Shown here in pieces: positions 12,081-24,757 of a stretch of DNA of 64,000 bases. Source of the DNA: Eledone cirrhosa (Eukaryota); the NCBI GenBank assembly GCA_964016885.1, contig OZ024742.1:53072001-53136000 (forward strand), given 5' to 3'. Within the stretch, counting starts at the first letter, position 1. Each line of letters begins with the position of its first letter. A program made the translations under genes and the position numbers. The notes under the pieces are model-generated. The model was not told the DNA's origin, did no database searches, and worked only from the letters and a program-made list of their open reading frames with translations.

Positions 12081-13053
12081 GGGTCAATGGCACGAATTTG
12101 GATAACTATGTGGAATGGTAACTGCAAGTTAAGGACTTCAGGATGAAAACCATTCAATAGAAAAGAACTGAGAGAGATTTGGGCTGAACAAACGCTTTCA
12201 AATGAATTATAGTCAGCCAATTGGCACAGTACTACTCCCGGTCGTTTGATGGCGGTATTGTTACAGAAGTCCTTATTTATTTGCAAAGTTTTGTTATGTA
12301 GGTGTAAGCAGCAAAATAAGTCAAGGTTTTGTTTTTGCTGTTGGTCAGACCTGACTCTGCAGACAGACATTATGAAAAGTCATTCGAGCTGTGACCATCT
12401 CATTTTTATTTTTGTTGCTATTTTTGTTGTTGTCGCTCTTGCAGTTGGAGTTGTTGTTGTTTTTCACTTGTTTCGTTGTGGCTGTTGGTGCTGTCGTTGT
12501 TCATGTTGTTGTTGGTGATGTTGCTAATTTTGTTGTTGAATGTTTTTTGTAATTGTTATTTTTTCTTTGATCACAATGGTGCCTGTTATAGTTGTGTTAT
12601 CCCTCCTCTCAACTTTTAAGTCACTATCCCGAGACGGAGGTTTTAATGTTGGAGGTGGGGGTGGGGGACTGTCCCATCCATTTTATAAAAAAGATACCGT
12701 AAAAATCAAATACAATTCCAAGAACACAACAACTCAGATTTACAAACTCACGGAGCTTACAAAAAGTTCGTCTTCTCTTGTCGACTGCCAATAATAATAA
12801 TAATAATGCTTTCTTTATTAACCACAAGGGTTGACACAAAGTATAACATTAAGGACAACACAGGATAATAATAATTGTTTCTACTTTTGGCACAAGGCCA
12901 GCAATTATCCCAGTGCAAAGGTTTCTGCTTTAGGTACATGGCCAACAATTTTATTTTGAGGAGGGAGTCGAATAAATCGACCCCAGTGTGTTACTGATAT
13001 TTTATTTTATCGACCCTGTAAAGATGAAAGGCACACACACACACACACACATC

Positions 13054-13455
13054 TGTAGCAGTGAATGAAATGTATTTTCCTTCTGCGGCGGAATGGTGTT
13101 ACGGAGGTAAGTTGGCTGAAGTGTGAGCCAATCGAAACCTTCGGTGCACTAATTGGACTGTCCAGAACTACGTCACCAGGTGAGCGGAGGTAACCAAGAG
13201 AGACATTAGTCTACACGCACCTCTCTTATCGACAAGACCAGGCTACACTCCTCGCTGCTAACAACATCTCCATCTTGCAATGAAGCGGACCAAACTACAT
13301 CCTACACATGTAGATACTACCTGTACCTAATGTATCCGTTCAACCTGTACAACTAATAAATAGAGTTACAACATCGATAATGGATTTAGTCAATGTTCTA
13401 AATGCCTTCTGATTTCTATTATGTATACCAAGAATTGACCCTAAAACCCATTATA
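13054..13455 (+). repeat. 5' LTR
   Basis: tgtagcagtg...cccattata; identical by eye to 18345-18746; contains AATAAA. Confidence 0.95.
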
Positions 13456-13457
13456 AA

Positions 13458-13475
13458 TGGTGACCCCGACGTGAT
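13458..13475 (+). promoter_or_regulatory. Primer-binding site complementary to the tRNA-Trp 3' end
   Basis: tggtgaccccgacgtgat, the 18-mer known as the tRNA-Trp PBS of avian leukosis/sarcoma viruses, 2 nt after the LTR. Confidence 0.9.
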
Positions 13476-14127
13476 ACGATACAACAAATCGCATTATAAA
13501 TGGTGACCCGAACGTTTAAGGACATCAACACAGAAGAAACCACATCTTTCCGTTGCAACGAACACATCAACATTTCGCATCCCCCCCCCCAAAAAAAAAA
13601 CAAAGCCACTCGCCTTTTCTCGGGGTATGTACGCGATTAGCTTGAGTCCTAATATGTATTTGATATATTGTCTTATTGTTACTAAATCTGCACATCACAC
13701 CTTCACTTTCTAACATCACCGAACACATGCGTTAATACAAAAATCTTATTTTTTCCTCTCAATTTCTGATTGGGCGACGCTATAAAAAAAATAAAAAAAA
13801 ACTGTTGGCGCCGATAGCCAGTCAGAGCAAGATGGCCGACTTCCGTCTTCTTCAGCTGTTTTCCCGCCAAAATGACGGAGGCAACGCCATTTTGAAAAGT
13901 ACACAAAAGGAAAAATAAAAAAAAATAAAATAATAGGACAAAGATAAATCATAATTTTTTTTTTTAAAGCTTGACGTTTTTCCCTCCAACATTGTTTTTG
14001 ATATATTTTTCTTTTTCTGTCTTTCACTCGGATTATATTTTTTCTTGGCCTGAATTTTCACTTTTGTCTCGGTGACAAGTGCAGAGTTGTCCTTTCTTTG
14101 CCCTTTGCTTTTACATCAGTATACACA

Positions 14128-14985
14128 ATGGGTAGCACTTCATTGCCACCGTTTACCGGTGACGTCACTGTCTGGTTCGCCCAGATAGAAGCACATTTCA
14201 CAGCGAATAACATCACCAGTGACCACAGACAGTTAAATCTCCTGTTAAGCGCTTTTCCAGCGTCATTGACGTCGGTCGTCAAAGACTTAATTACAGATCC
14301 TCGCCCTGGGGCCACCTATGAGAGCGTGAAGCTCGAAGTGTTGCGGCGGACCACATTGTCCGCAGAAAAAAAATTTCAGACGCTCGTCAATGACGAACAT
14401 TTGGGTGATCGGACGCCCACACAACTACTGCGTCGGATGAGAGAGCTGGCGGAAGATGCCCCAGCTGACAGTGCCCTCCTTAGACAGCTTTTTGTCTCAA
14501 GGCTACCCCCCGGAGTTCAGGCGATCTTAGCGCCCATGATGGAGGCTGCTCCTGTCGACCAGCTAGCGGCTTCGGCCGACAGGGTTATGAGTGTCATCGG
14601 ACACCCAGCCTCATTTTCCCCCTTCCAGGCACCTCAGCCACCGGCTGCGGTCAATCCGTTCGCTCCTGTCTCCTTCAATGCATCCCAGCCGCCGACTGCG
14701 GTCGCTTCCTTCACTCCAGCGGCTGCCAGTTATACCGACCAGTCACTTGCAAATGCAGCAATGCTGCAAGCAATAGAGCAGCTAACCAAGGAAGTGAGAA
14801 AACTAAGCACTCACAGGGCTCATTCGCCCAGACGCCGTTTCCAGAGCCGTTCACCCTCGCCACGACGCCGTCACACAAGCAGTTCAGGTTTGTGTTACTA
14901 CCACAGCCGTTTTGGCGCAGCAGCACGCTCCTGTAAACAGCCTTGTACATTTTCAGACCAGGGAAACAGATTTCAGGAGACCTGA
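14128..14985 (+). CDS. gag: Retrotransposon Gag
   Basis: First ATG at 14128; [22 protein letters not shown]; C-terminal [18 protein letters not shown] (C-X2-H-X9-C-X3-C). Confidence 0.9.
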   Translation: MGSTSLPPFTGDVTVWFAQIEAHFTANNITSDHRQLNLLLSAFPASLTSVVKDLITDPRPGATYESVKLEVLRRTTLSAEKKFQTLVNDEHLGDRTPTQLLRRMRELAEDAPADSALLRQLFVSRLPPGVQAILAPMMEAAPVDQLAASADRVMSVIGHPASFSPFQAPQPPAAVNPFAPVSFNASQPPTAVASFTPAAASYTDQSLANAAMLQAIEQLTKEVRKLSTHRAHSPRRRFQSRSPSPRRRHTSSSGLCYYHSRFGAAARSCKQPCTFSDQGNRFQET

Positions 14986-17900
14986 GCACGGCACAGTCTC
15001 CTCTGACCCTCCCTAATAACGGTGTGTTTTTCATCACAGACACTGAGTCGCAAGCACGTTGTCTGATCGACACCGGCGCGGCTTGTAGCATTTGGCCGCT
15101 AAAACTTCTCAAAGAGAAGCCCCAACTCTCAACCGTCTCTCTGCAAGCAGTAAACCAGTCACCGATCCCCACGTACGGTCAGATTTCTCGTTCTTTGAAC
15201 CTGGAATTGCGTAGAGATTTCACGTGGATCTTCACTGTTGCTGATCTGCCTTACCCCATCCTAGGCTCAGATTTCCTGCACCACTATAACTTGATAGTGG
15301 ATATGCGCAGACGCCGGTTGTTGGATGCCAGCACAGAACTGTCTGTGCCGGGTACCAGATCGACTGTCTCGTCGGTCAGCCCGGTCTTCTTTATCGCTGC
15401 TACAGAAAATCCTTACCAATCACTTTTGCATTCCTTCCCGGAATTAACAAATTTGAATTTTGTGATGAGTGAGCCTACTCACTCCACCAAGCACCACATT
15501 GAAACATCCGGAGCTCCTGTGTTTTCGCGCCCTCGCCGTCTCTCTGCTGAGAAACTGAAGGCCGCAAGGGCTGAATTCAATCACATGCTGCAGCTCGGGA
15601 TCATTCGCCCATCCTCAAGCCCGTGGGCCGCACCCTTGCATTTGGTACCAAAGCGTTCCGGTGATTGGCGTCCCACTGGGGACTTTCGCCGGTTAAATGC
15701 AATGACGGTACCCGACCGCTACCCGATACCACACATACAGGATTTTGCATCTTCGCTGCATGGAAGCAACATATTCTCCAAATTGGATTTGGTCAAAGCA
15801 TACCACCAAATCCCGGTGAACCCGGCAGACATACCTAAAACTGCAGTAACAACTCCATTTGGAGCGTTTGAATTTTTGACCATGCCTTTCGGTTTGCGAA
15901 ACGCAGCCAGCACGTTCCAACGATTTATGGATGAAGTTGTGCGCGATTTAGACTTCGTGTACAACTACATCGACGACATTCTTGTGGCAAGTGCCTCACC
16001 TGAGGAACATGTCAATCACCTCCGTCTCCTGTTCGAGAGATTTCAAAAATACCAAGTGAGAATTAATCCGGCAAAATGTGTTTTCGGTGCTTCCTCACTT
16101 GTCTTCTTGGGCCATGTCATCAGCCCAGAAGGAATTTCGCCACTACCTGATAAAGTGAAAGCGGTACAAGACCTCCAACCACCCACTTCACTTCGTCAAC
16201 TACGACATTTTCTTGGGCTACTGAACTATTACAGGCGCTTTATCCCACACTGTGCGGATCTCCTGTCTCCTCTGTCCGACCTGTTACGTAACAGGAAAAA
16301 GAAGAACGATTCCATTTCATTGGACACGAATCAGCTAAAAGCCTTCGACGAAGTGAAGCGGAAGTTTGCGGAGACATCACTGCTTGCACATCCTGTGTCT
16401 GGTGCCCAGTTTTCACTGGTTGTTGATGCATCAGGCACAGCTGTAGGTGCAGTACTGCAACAACATCACCAACAACAGTTACAACCTCTTGCCTACTTTT
16501 CTAAACAGCTGAAGCCTGCAGAAACACGGTATAGCACATTCGGCCGTGAACTCTTGGCTATGTACCTTGCAGTGAAACACTTTCGGCATTCACTGGAGGG
16601 TCGCCAATTTGTTATATACACTGACCACCGTCCGCTTACGTTCGCACTGCGTTCTAAGCCGGACAAATATTCACCTCGCGAAACTCGCCACTTGGACTTC
16701 GTTTCGCAATTTACCAGCGATATCCGACACATCTCTGGTGAGCAGAATGCGGCGGCAGATGCACTGTCTCGCCTCCCAATTAATTCCCTGTCATCGCCAG
16801 CGGAAATCGACCTCCAACGAATGGCCACAGAACAACCACCTCTGGATACTTTGGACCTCTCGTCTTCTGAATTTGCAACTGGCAAATTTGCATATCTGCC
16901 TGTGCCCACTTCGGACACACAGATTATCTGCGACACCTCGACAGATGCACCTCGCCCTCTAGTGCCAGTGACTCATCGTCGAGCAGTTTTCGACACCTTG
17001 CACGGTCTGGCACACCCTGGAATATCGACCACAGTGAAGCTCATTTCGGCTAGATTCTTCTGGCCTAATATGAGGCGTGACATCACTGCCTGGACACGTT
17101 CCTGCCTATCCTGCCAAAAGTCAAAGGTGCACAAACACATCCGCGCACCCCTTGGAACTTTCAGCACTCCAGACGCTAGGTTCAGCCATGTCCATATAGA
17201 TCTTGTCGGACCATGGCCGGTCAGCCGAGGATTTACATACCTCCTGACCTGCATAGATCGCTTCACACGTTGGCCTGAAGCCATTCCTTTAAGTGACATT
17301 TCGGCGGAATCTGTAGCGCGAGCCCTAGTATCAGGTTGGATATCGCGTTACGGAGTTCCAGCCACTATCACCACTGACCGCGGTGGACAATTTGAGTCAC
17401 ACCTTTTCCGAGAGCTTTCAAGGATCCTGGGAATGCAACGCATTCGAACGACCAGCTACCATCCAGCTTCTAACGGAATGATTGAACGCTTCCACCGCCA
17501 ATTGAAAGCCGCACTGCGCGCTTATCCGGATCAGCAGCGGTGGAGCGAATATGTACCAATTGTCCTCCTGGGCTGTCGTGCAGCCATCAAGGAAGATCTA
17601 GGCTACTCCCCCGCCGAGTTGGTTTACGGAGTGCCTATATCTCTGCCTGGTCAGATGTTAGCTCCATTGGACCTACCAGCAACAGACCCAGCTCTGTATG
17701 TGAGCAGACTGCAATCATATTTCAGCAATCTTCCGCCTATGCACCCTCGCCAACAGACAATCAAATCTTCGGTCCCGAAAGACATTGCTTCATGGACCCA
17801 CGTCTTTTTACGAAAGGACGCCGTGAGAGCTCCTCTCATGCCACCTTATACCGGTCCCTATCGCGTGCTTGAGCGCACAGATAAGCTATTCACCTTAGAC

Positions 17901-18122
17901 ATTGGGGGTAAAAAAGAGACTGTGTCCATTGACAGGGTAAAACGGGCCTATACAGACACTCTCACACAAGAGCCCCATTTTCCCCCCACATACACCTGGC
18001 ATCAGCCAAGCCACAATACACATATAACATCGCACACACCTACACCTACATATGTCACCACCACACGTAGCGGTCGGCGGGTACATTGGCCCAAGAAGCT
18101 TTGCAAGACTCTTTATATATGA
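14943..18122 (+). CDS. pol: Retrotransposon Pol (protease, RT, RNase H, integrase), probably made as Gag-Pol by -1 frameshift
   Basis: Open ~1059 codons: LIDTGA, MPFGL, YIDD, DAS/REL/TDH, H-X3-H..C-X2-C, HIDLVG..TDRG..IERF, GPY. No env ORF. Confidence 0.95.
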   Translation: MYIFRPGKQISGDLSTAQSPLTLPNNGVFFITDTESQARCLIDTGAACSIWPLKLLKEKPQLSTVSLQAVNQSPIPTYGQISRSLNLELRRDFTWIFTVADLPYPILGSDFLHHYNLIVDMRRRRLLDASTELSVPGTRSTVSSVSPVFFIAATENPYQSLLHSFPELTNLNFVMSEPTHSTKHHIETSGAPVFSRPRRLSAEKLKAARAEFNHMLQLGIIRPSSSPWAAPLHLVPKRSGDWRPTGDFRRLNAMTVPDRYPIPHIQDFASSLHGSNIFSKLDLVKAYHQIPVNPADIPKTAVTTPFGAFEFLTMPFGLRNAASTFQRFMDEVVRDLDFVYNYIDDILVASASPEEHVNHLRLLFERFQKYQVRINPAKCVFGASSLVFLGHVISPEGISPLPDKVKAVQDLQPPTSLRQLRHFLGLLNYYRRFIPHCADLLSPLSDLLRNRKKKNDSISLDTNQLKAFDEVKRKFAETSLLAHPVSGAQFSLVVDASGTAVGAVLQQHHQQQLQPLAYFSKQLKPAETRYSTFGRELLAMYLAVKHFRHSLEGRQFVIYTDHRPLTFALRSKPDKYSPRETRHLDFVSQFTSDIRHISGEQNAAADALSRLPINSLSSPAEIDLQRMATEQPPLDTLDLSSSEFATGKFAYLPVPTSDTQIICDTSTDAPRPLVPVTHRRAVFDTLHGLAHPGISTTVKLISARFFWPNMRRDITAWTRSCLSCQKSKVHKHIRAPLGTFSTPDARFSHVHIDLVGPWPVSRGFTYLLTCIDRFTRWPEAIPLSDISAESVARALVSGWISRYGVPATITTDRGGQFESHLFRELSRILGMQRIRTTSYHPASNGMIERFHRQLKAALRAYPDQQRWSEYVPIVLLGCRAAIKEDLGYSPAELVYGVPISLPGQMLAPLDLPATDPALYVSRLQSYFSNLPPMHPRQQTIKSSVPKDIASWTHVFLRKDAVRAPLMPPYTGPYRVLERTDKLFTLDIGGKKETVSIDRVKRAYTDTLTQEPHFPPTYTWHQPSHNTHITSHTPTPTYVTTTRSGRRVHWPKKLCKTLYI
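14961..14967 (+). promoter_or_regulatory. -1 ribosomal frameshift slippery site G GGA AAC
   Basis: X XXY YYZ heptamer in the correct gag phase; pol is in the -1 frame; ggagac/gtctcc stem downstream. Confidence 0.8.
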
Positions 18123-18331
18123 ACTATGTTATTTACAGCAATCTTCTTGGAGTTTGCTCCGCCCTTGTATTTGTGTTAAATGTATGAACTAAGGTGAACA
18201 TTACACTATTTCTGACTTTCCTGTAATATGAACATTTCTTTATCAGTGATATATTTTATTGTGTTTACTATTATATAGTACTTTTTCTTTCATTCAACTG
18301 CTACCCTTATTTCTCTGTCGGCTGTAAGCCT

Positions 18332-18344
18332 AAGCAGGGGGTGA
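18332..18344 (+). promoter_or_regulatory. Polypurine tract
   Basis: aagcagggggtga immediately before the 3' LTR. Confidence 0.75.
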
Positions 18345-18746
18345 TGTAGCAGTGAATGAAATGTATTTTCCTTCTGCGGCGGAATGGTGTTACGGAGGTA
18401 AGTTGGCTGAAGTGTGAGCCAATCGAAACCTTCGGTGCACTAATTGGACTGTCCAGAACTACGTCACCAGGTGAGCGGAGGTAACCAAGAGAGACATTAG
18501 TCTACACGCACCTCTCTTATCGACAAGACCAGGCTACACTCCTCGCTGCTAACAACATCTCCATCTTGCAATGAAGCGGACCAAACTACATCCTACACAT
18601 GTAGATACTACCTGTACCTAATGTATCCGTTCAACCTGTACAACTAATAAATAGAGTTACAACATCGATAATGGATTTAGTCAATGTTCTAAATGCCTTC
18701 TGATTTCTATTATGTATACCAAGAATTGACCCTAAAACCCATTATA
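18345..18746 (+). repeat. 3' LTR
   Basis: Identical by eye to the 5' LTR, followed by TSD catc. Confidence 0.95.
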
Positions 18747-19109
18747 CATCCTCCCTTTCCAATATATAAACAATATTTATTTTAGTAGTCACACACAATG
18801 GAATTGAAACCGCAATTACCTAGTTACTGTTGACTCTCTGCTCTCAAAGTTCAAATCCTGCCATGGTCAACTTCGCCTTTCGAGGTCGATAAAAAAGTAT
18901 CAGTGAAGTACAGTGAAGTTCACATTGCCATATATTTCTCCCTTTCATTCTTTCACTCTCTACTCATTTCTGGAAGAAATATCCAGACCTGGAAAGGAGA
19001 TGGGCTCCGCCAGGTGTTAAAATAGCATAGAAACATTGTATGTAAATACGGTGCCCCAACAATTCCTGCGGGAGATACAGGATCAGGTATGAATGTGTGT
19101 ATTATGCCT

Positions 19110-19188
19110 GTTCCTCATGACACATAGGTAGTCAGCCGAACGACCAGGTTCCTCATGACACATAGGTAGTCAGCCGAACGACCAGGTT
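19110..19188. repeat. 38-bp perfect tandem duplication
   Basis: gttcctcatgacacataggtagtcagccgaacgaccag x2. Confidence 0.9.
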
Positions 19189-19368
19189 CAATTCACACTG
19201 AAAACTAGGACAATTCTACAATAGAAAGCTTAATATGATTGTAGAAATTAATGTTATCTGGTTTTATTGACCTTTAAGCTTGACCTAATGACCTTTAGTG
19301 AGGGAAGGTCAATGTAAGGTAAATGAAACCAATTCATTTATGTTTAGGTTGTTTTTATTCTTTTCATT

Positions 19369-22300
19369 ATAATAATAATAATAAAAATAATGGAATTATT
19401 GTGTACAGTGCTCAGGTGCACTTCAACTCATCAAAGATACATGTATAGTACATAGAACAATGTACAAATGTCAGGAAAATGAACAGTGTATGAGTCATGA
19501 TATACATGTGTTCGTGTGTATGGAGGGGGGGGGGATATCAGGTATAGTGTTGGTGAATCTCAGAAAGCATGGAGGTTTTAAAGGATGCAGTGTCTCGACA
19601 GCTAACAACTGATGCAGGTAGTTTGTTCCATGCTTCAGCAACTCTGAGCGTGAAAAAATGTTTCAGAAAGTCATGGGAGCTGTGCTGTTTTCTGACTTTG
19701 TTGACATGCCCACGTGTGTTAGTCACATGGAAATCAAAAAGGTGCTCAGGGATGTTGTTGGCAAGATGGTTAATAATTTTGTGGGTGTTTACCAAGTCAG
19801 TTGCCAGACGTCGGAGCTTCAATGTATCCATGCCCAGGGAAGCAAGGCATTCAGAGTATGGTAGATGCCTGATGGAGGGTATTCGCTTGGTTGCACATCT
19901 CTGAATAGTTTCCAGGAGGTCAATGTTCTGAGCAAGATAGGGGTTCCAGATTGGTGATGCAAATTCTAAGTGGGGCCGCACCATAGCTATATACAGCTTT
20001 AAATAGATAGCTGGAGAGCGGCTGACAAAGGTCTTGATGAGTGATGTTAAGACACCCTCGGCCTTCTTGACAATTTTAGAGACATGTTTCATCCACCGCA
20101 AATCGCTGCTGACAGTAATGCCCAAGTCACGTTCACATGATGACTTCTTGATATTAGTGTTGTGAAAGGAGTATGTGGACGATGGGCTTTTCCTCCCAAA
20201 ATGCATGGTAGTACACTTGTCCACAGCCAGCTTCAGTTGCCAGTCCATGATCCATTGCTGCATTGTGTCCAGGTTTGATTGCAGGAAAGATCTATAGTGT
20301 TCAGGATCTGTCCTTTGTATCTCAAGGTACAGCTTGATGTCATCTGCCTATTTCAGTACTGTGGCATTCTTTAAGTTGGCATCTATGTCATTAATATATG
20401 CCACAAACAAAAGGGGACCAAGAACAGATCCCTGTGGTACACCAGATGACGTCTCATACGGTCAGGAATGCTGTCCTAGAACCGTGACTACCTCTCTTCG
20501 ACTGAGAATGAAGGACTTCAACCAGTTAAAAAGATCATCCTTCACACCCATTGCAGAGTTTTGCCATAAGTCTTTTGTGTGGCACAGAATTAAAAGCTTT
20601 AGCAAAGTCAAGGTAAACAACATCCACTCATGAGCCACCATCAGTGATCCGGGTGATGTCTTCCAGAAACTCGATAAGTTGATCACAGCAGCTGGAGTTA
20701 CGGATAAATCCAAATTACGAGCGCCGGATAGAGTCCAGCACTATCTCAAGGAAATCATCTGCACTTTGTGGCCAACAAAATTTTCAGCAATTCCTTGGTT
20801 CAAATCAACGCAAGGAATTGCTGAAAAGTTTGAACGGACGTAGACCATTACACCACGACGACGACGATTAATGCCATCTTTATGAAACAAGTTGTAGCCA
20901 GCTATGTTGAAAACCCCATCACAGAGTAAGGAATGTGCCCATGTTTCCGTGACTGTAATGAAGTCAGGGGCGATAATTTTGACATAGGAATAAAAAAGAT
21001 GTATCTTGTTGCATAGACTACGTGCATTTAAGGACAACAATTTGTACCTTGATTTCAGTCTCTGATGATGTGCAGGGGATGGCAGGTTGTTCTGATTTAG
21101 TTTCCCACAGTTTTTTCAGTTTTTTCATTGACAGTTATTGTGGGTACAGTGTGTTCAGACCAGCTGGCATCTCTTTTCCATGTTTCACCAGCCTTAATAA
21201 ACTTCTATATCTGCCCATCATCATGTAGGCTGAAGTTTTCATGTTGTGCTGAGTTGCAGTTTAAGGAAGCTGCAGCACGCAGCTTTGGACGTACATCAGA
21301 TGGAAGACCAGGGCGTGTTCGGAAGGCAATTCGATTTTCACGCCTAGCTTTATCAGAGGCTAAATAATATGAATGTGCCTGAGTAGAGTTCGAAAAAGAG
21401 AGCCTGATTGCCCTGGGTTTCGGACCTGGTCGGCCAAGGCGGAGAGCACCCTTCGGGGGAGCACAGCCTAAGTCTTTGGATGAGCTGGCAGCAAATGTCT
21501 GAAAATCAACTATGTCTTCTGGTACACCAATGGCAATCACTTTGTGGTTTACAGATTCAGTGGCATTCTCAATGCGTCTAGATGCGACAAGAGCTATGGG
21601 GAGATTTTTTTAACAAGGCACCCCGGTAAGATCCCTCATTGTGAGGTTCTACACGAACGCTTGATTTGATTCCTGCTATTTCTCGGTTTAAAGCTGAAAT
21701 CATTTGCCGTATTTCCGCAAACTCTGTATTGATGGTCGATTTTTGTTGTTGTTCTTCTTCTTCAACAGGAATGGTAGGGGAAGACACAGTCATCGGTTGT
21801 TGTTGTTTAGAAGTAACGGGAGGGGGGGGGACATGGGTTGTTGTTGTTGTTGATGATGTCCTTCAACAAGAGTAGTAGCAGAAGCTATGGTCGTCGGTTC
21901 AGGAACAATGGTAGAGGAATACACGATCGTCGGTTTTTGTTGTTGTTGTTCAACAGCAATGATAGAGGCAGACACACAGGCCAGGCACTGAAAGGACCAA
22001 TTTGGTAGCTGGACCATTTCCCAGAGTCCATCCATCATAGAAATATGGTGTCTCTTTTTCCGACCTGGGATCTTTCGAAAGTTTGTAGCACACTGAAGGC
22101 AAACAGAAACACGACATTTACCATATTCAACCCATCGATTTCGGAAGGGGCGTTCTCTGGTTCTGTACATAGATGACAGACGTGATTTTCTGGGCAATGA
22201 TCTATTTTGGAACATCGCCCAGTTTTATCACACACTTCATCCATGTATGTCACAATAGCAATTTTGTCCTGTCTGTTCAGGAGAACAAAATGTAAACAAA

Positions 22301-22985
22301 TAGATATGCTGCGTAAGTTTAGCGCATTTGTTAACGAGATAAATAAAATGTTTGTTTTGTTTTTATATTTTCGTTTCCGTTTTCCTATGTAGTGTGTGTA
22401 TGCAAAAGGATCTGCACACGAATATATAATTAAAATGTGTAAGTGGGTTAGAAGCGAAGTCAATGTTCAGAATGGTTTTATAATGTAGGTAAAATTGGCC
22501 GGTATAGTCTCTCACACGAAATAGTGTGGTTTCTTTTCACTTTGTGTGTATGGTATATATCTATATATAAATCTGTGTGTATATTGTTGTTTATAGAGTT
22601 TGGGAAGTACTTAATGTGATCCCTAAGAAATGTTGTGATTTATTTTTTTGATTCATGTCGACACGCGGTTTGTTGGTGAAAGTCAGATATACTTCGTTAA
22701 AATAATGTTATGTTGAAACTGGTATTAATAGTCAGGGAACAGTGAAAGTATTTGTAATAATCAATATTGTAATCCATCTGATATGTGTTAAAAGGGCAGT
22801 TTTCGGTGATAATGTTATATTTAGTTTGGAGAGCCGTGGTCATACGTCCTTCCTCGTCACCATCTTTCGAACCACGATTGATTTGTTTTTTGTTATTTTA
22901 CAAATGTTCTGTGTGAATAGATGTCTTTCTTTTTCTTCTTCATTTAGTAACTGATTGATTGATCTGGTAGAATACGTAGTAAAAT
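19369..22985 (-). mobile_element. CR1-clade LINE with ORF1 and internally deleted, disrupted ORF2
   Basis: ORF1 pieces are Cys/His-rich (PHD-like) with poly-Q and RLG..PRAIRL. APE start LNARSL..VTETW (20741-21040) jumps to RT (LDFAKAF, GVPQGSVLGPLLF, *ADD). C-terminus HFFTLRVAEAWNKLP; (att)n tail near 19370. Confidence 0.85.
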
Positions 22986-24360
22986 CTCAGCTCCCCACCT
23001 ACGGGTGCACACACACAAATACCAGCACACATATATAAACACAAATACTCATACACACATACACACATACATTGATATGCACATACGTACACAGCCACAC
23101 ACACATACACACATATATACTCACACATACATTCATACGCAGATACGTATACAGCCGCACATACACACATACACGCACATACACACATACACGTACATAC
23201 ACACACAGCCGCTCACATACACACACACAAAGGGATATATACTTGTAAAGAGATGTGTTAATGTGTATGTATACAAATAGTGGGTGATTATGTAACTGTA
23301 TGGTTAAAAAGTTTACTTTGAAACTAGATGGCTGCGAGTTTGATCCCAAGGCGAACAGCGTTAGGCAAATTATTTTCTACCATAGCTTCGAGTTAACCTA
23401 AAGGCCTAAAATCTTCCGAAAAAGACGGAATTGGTGGTTTACTTGTCTAACTCTTCTGTTGTATCAGAAACCAAGTTTAAAATAGTTAACCACTTCCTGG
23501 TTATATAATGATTTCTACTATAGGCACAAGGCCAGCAATTTTGGGGGAGGGGAAAGTCGATTAAATCGATCCCAGTGCTTTATTTTATCGACCACGTAAG
23601 GATGAAAGGCAAAGCTAACCTCAGCGGGATTTGAACCCAGATCATAAAGGGGCGTAACTCTATGCTGCAAAGCATGGTGTCCGACGCTCTACTGATACTG
23701 CCAAACTACCACCCTCTTCCTGGTTATATCATAACGTACAAAACAATCATAATTATGACATTATACCCTACCCCACTCATTCTGCGTAACAAATAAGTGA
23801 AGGTGCCATTGAAATTTAATATATTATCAGACCTACCTTATCAACTGGTCTTATCCCACCTAGGTCAACTTTGCATTTCATCCTTCACCCACTTACTCTG
23901 ATCGATCGACAAGATCCCAGACCTCATTCCCTTGCCGATTGGGGTGGGCCTCGTCAAATCGGACCAAGGAAACAATGTTTCCATTGGTATTTCCATTGCT
24001 GATACTATCTACCAGTCGCAACTCGTGGCAGAAGGAGCAACGTGAAAGGAAGTGTCTTGCTCAAGGACACAATGCGTCACCCAGTCCGAGAATTGAACTA
24101 GCAACCTCGCGGTTGCGAATCTAACTCTCTAACCACTAAGCCACGCATCTTCATCTTTCTGAGGGGGTCGATAAAATTAAGTACCAGTTAAGTACTCAGG
24201 TTGATATAATCGACTTTCTCCTTCCACAAAATTGGAGGCCTTATGCCAATATTAGAAAAAATATTAAATATTTCAGGTGAAGTATATTTAACATAGATAG
24301 GAAGAATGGTTCAAGGGAAATAACTCAAACGTGAATAAACTGTATCCAGCAAATTAATGT

Positions 24361-24757
24361 TATCGTCGGATTTCCCCAATTATAAAAACCTACTCCAAAA
24401 CTAAGCCTTAGTGTGGTTTTTATGTTGCTGTCCAATGTAAGCCCTACACAGAAAATAATTCCCTAGTGCATTTTTGTAAGAAACGTTAATATAAAAAATA
24501 ATGTAAAATGCAGTGTTCAGGGTTTGAATCTAAGGAGTCACGATAACATCCCAGAAGATGATGACATGACAGTATTTGAATAAATAAATCCGTTTTTTTA
24601 TTTTTGACATCAGTCTAACAGTATAATTTTATGAAAACTCTTGTGCTTTTATGTTTTTGCATAAAAATATAAGGCCTAACCCGAAAATAAGTCCTAGCGC
24701 CTTTTTTTAAAGGAAAAAATAGTATAAGATCTGTCTTATAATAGGGGAAGCACGGTA
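24361..24757. mobile_element. Tc1/mariner-pogo-type MITE remnant
   Basis: Right end gtcttataataggggaagcacggta and degenerate left end tatcgtcggatttccccaattataaaaacc, with internal aaaataagtcctag-type subrepeats. Confidence 0.5.

Larger units (their letters stand above)
13054..18746 (+). mobile_element. Full-length Ty3/Gypsy LTR retrotransposon, CsRn1/Boudicca-like lineage
   Basis: Two 402-bp LTRs, TSD catc (13050-13053 / 18747-18750), tRNA-Trp PBS, PPT, gag with CHCC knuckle, and open pol (PR-RT-RH-IN). Confidence 0.97.

Noticed and set aside
15693-18086. Antisense and overlapping ORFs inside pol
   Set aside because: Short shadow ORFs of a GC-richer coding region, with no motifs.
22940-23349. 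Cys/Val/His-rich ORFs (also 32439-33286, 35308-35642, 43833-44258)
   Set aside because: These are translations of CA, TA and GTT simple repeats.
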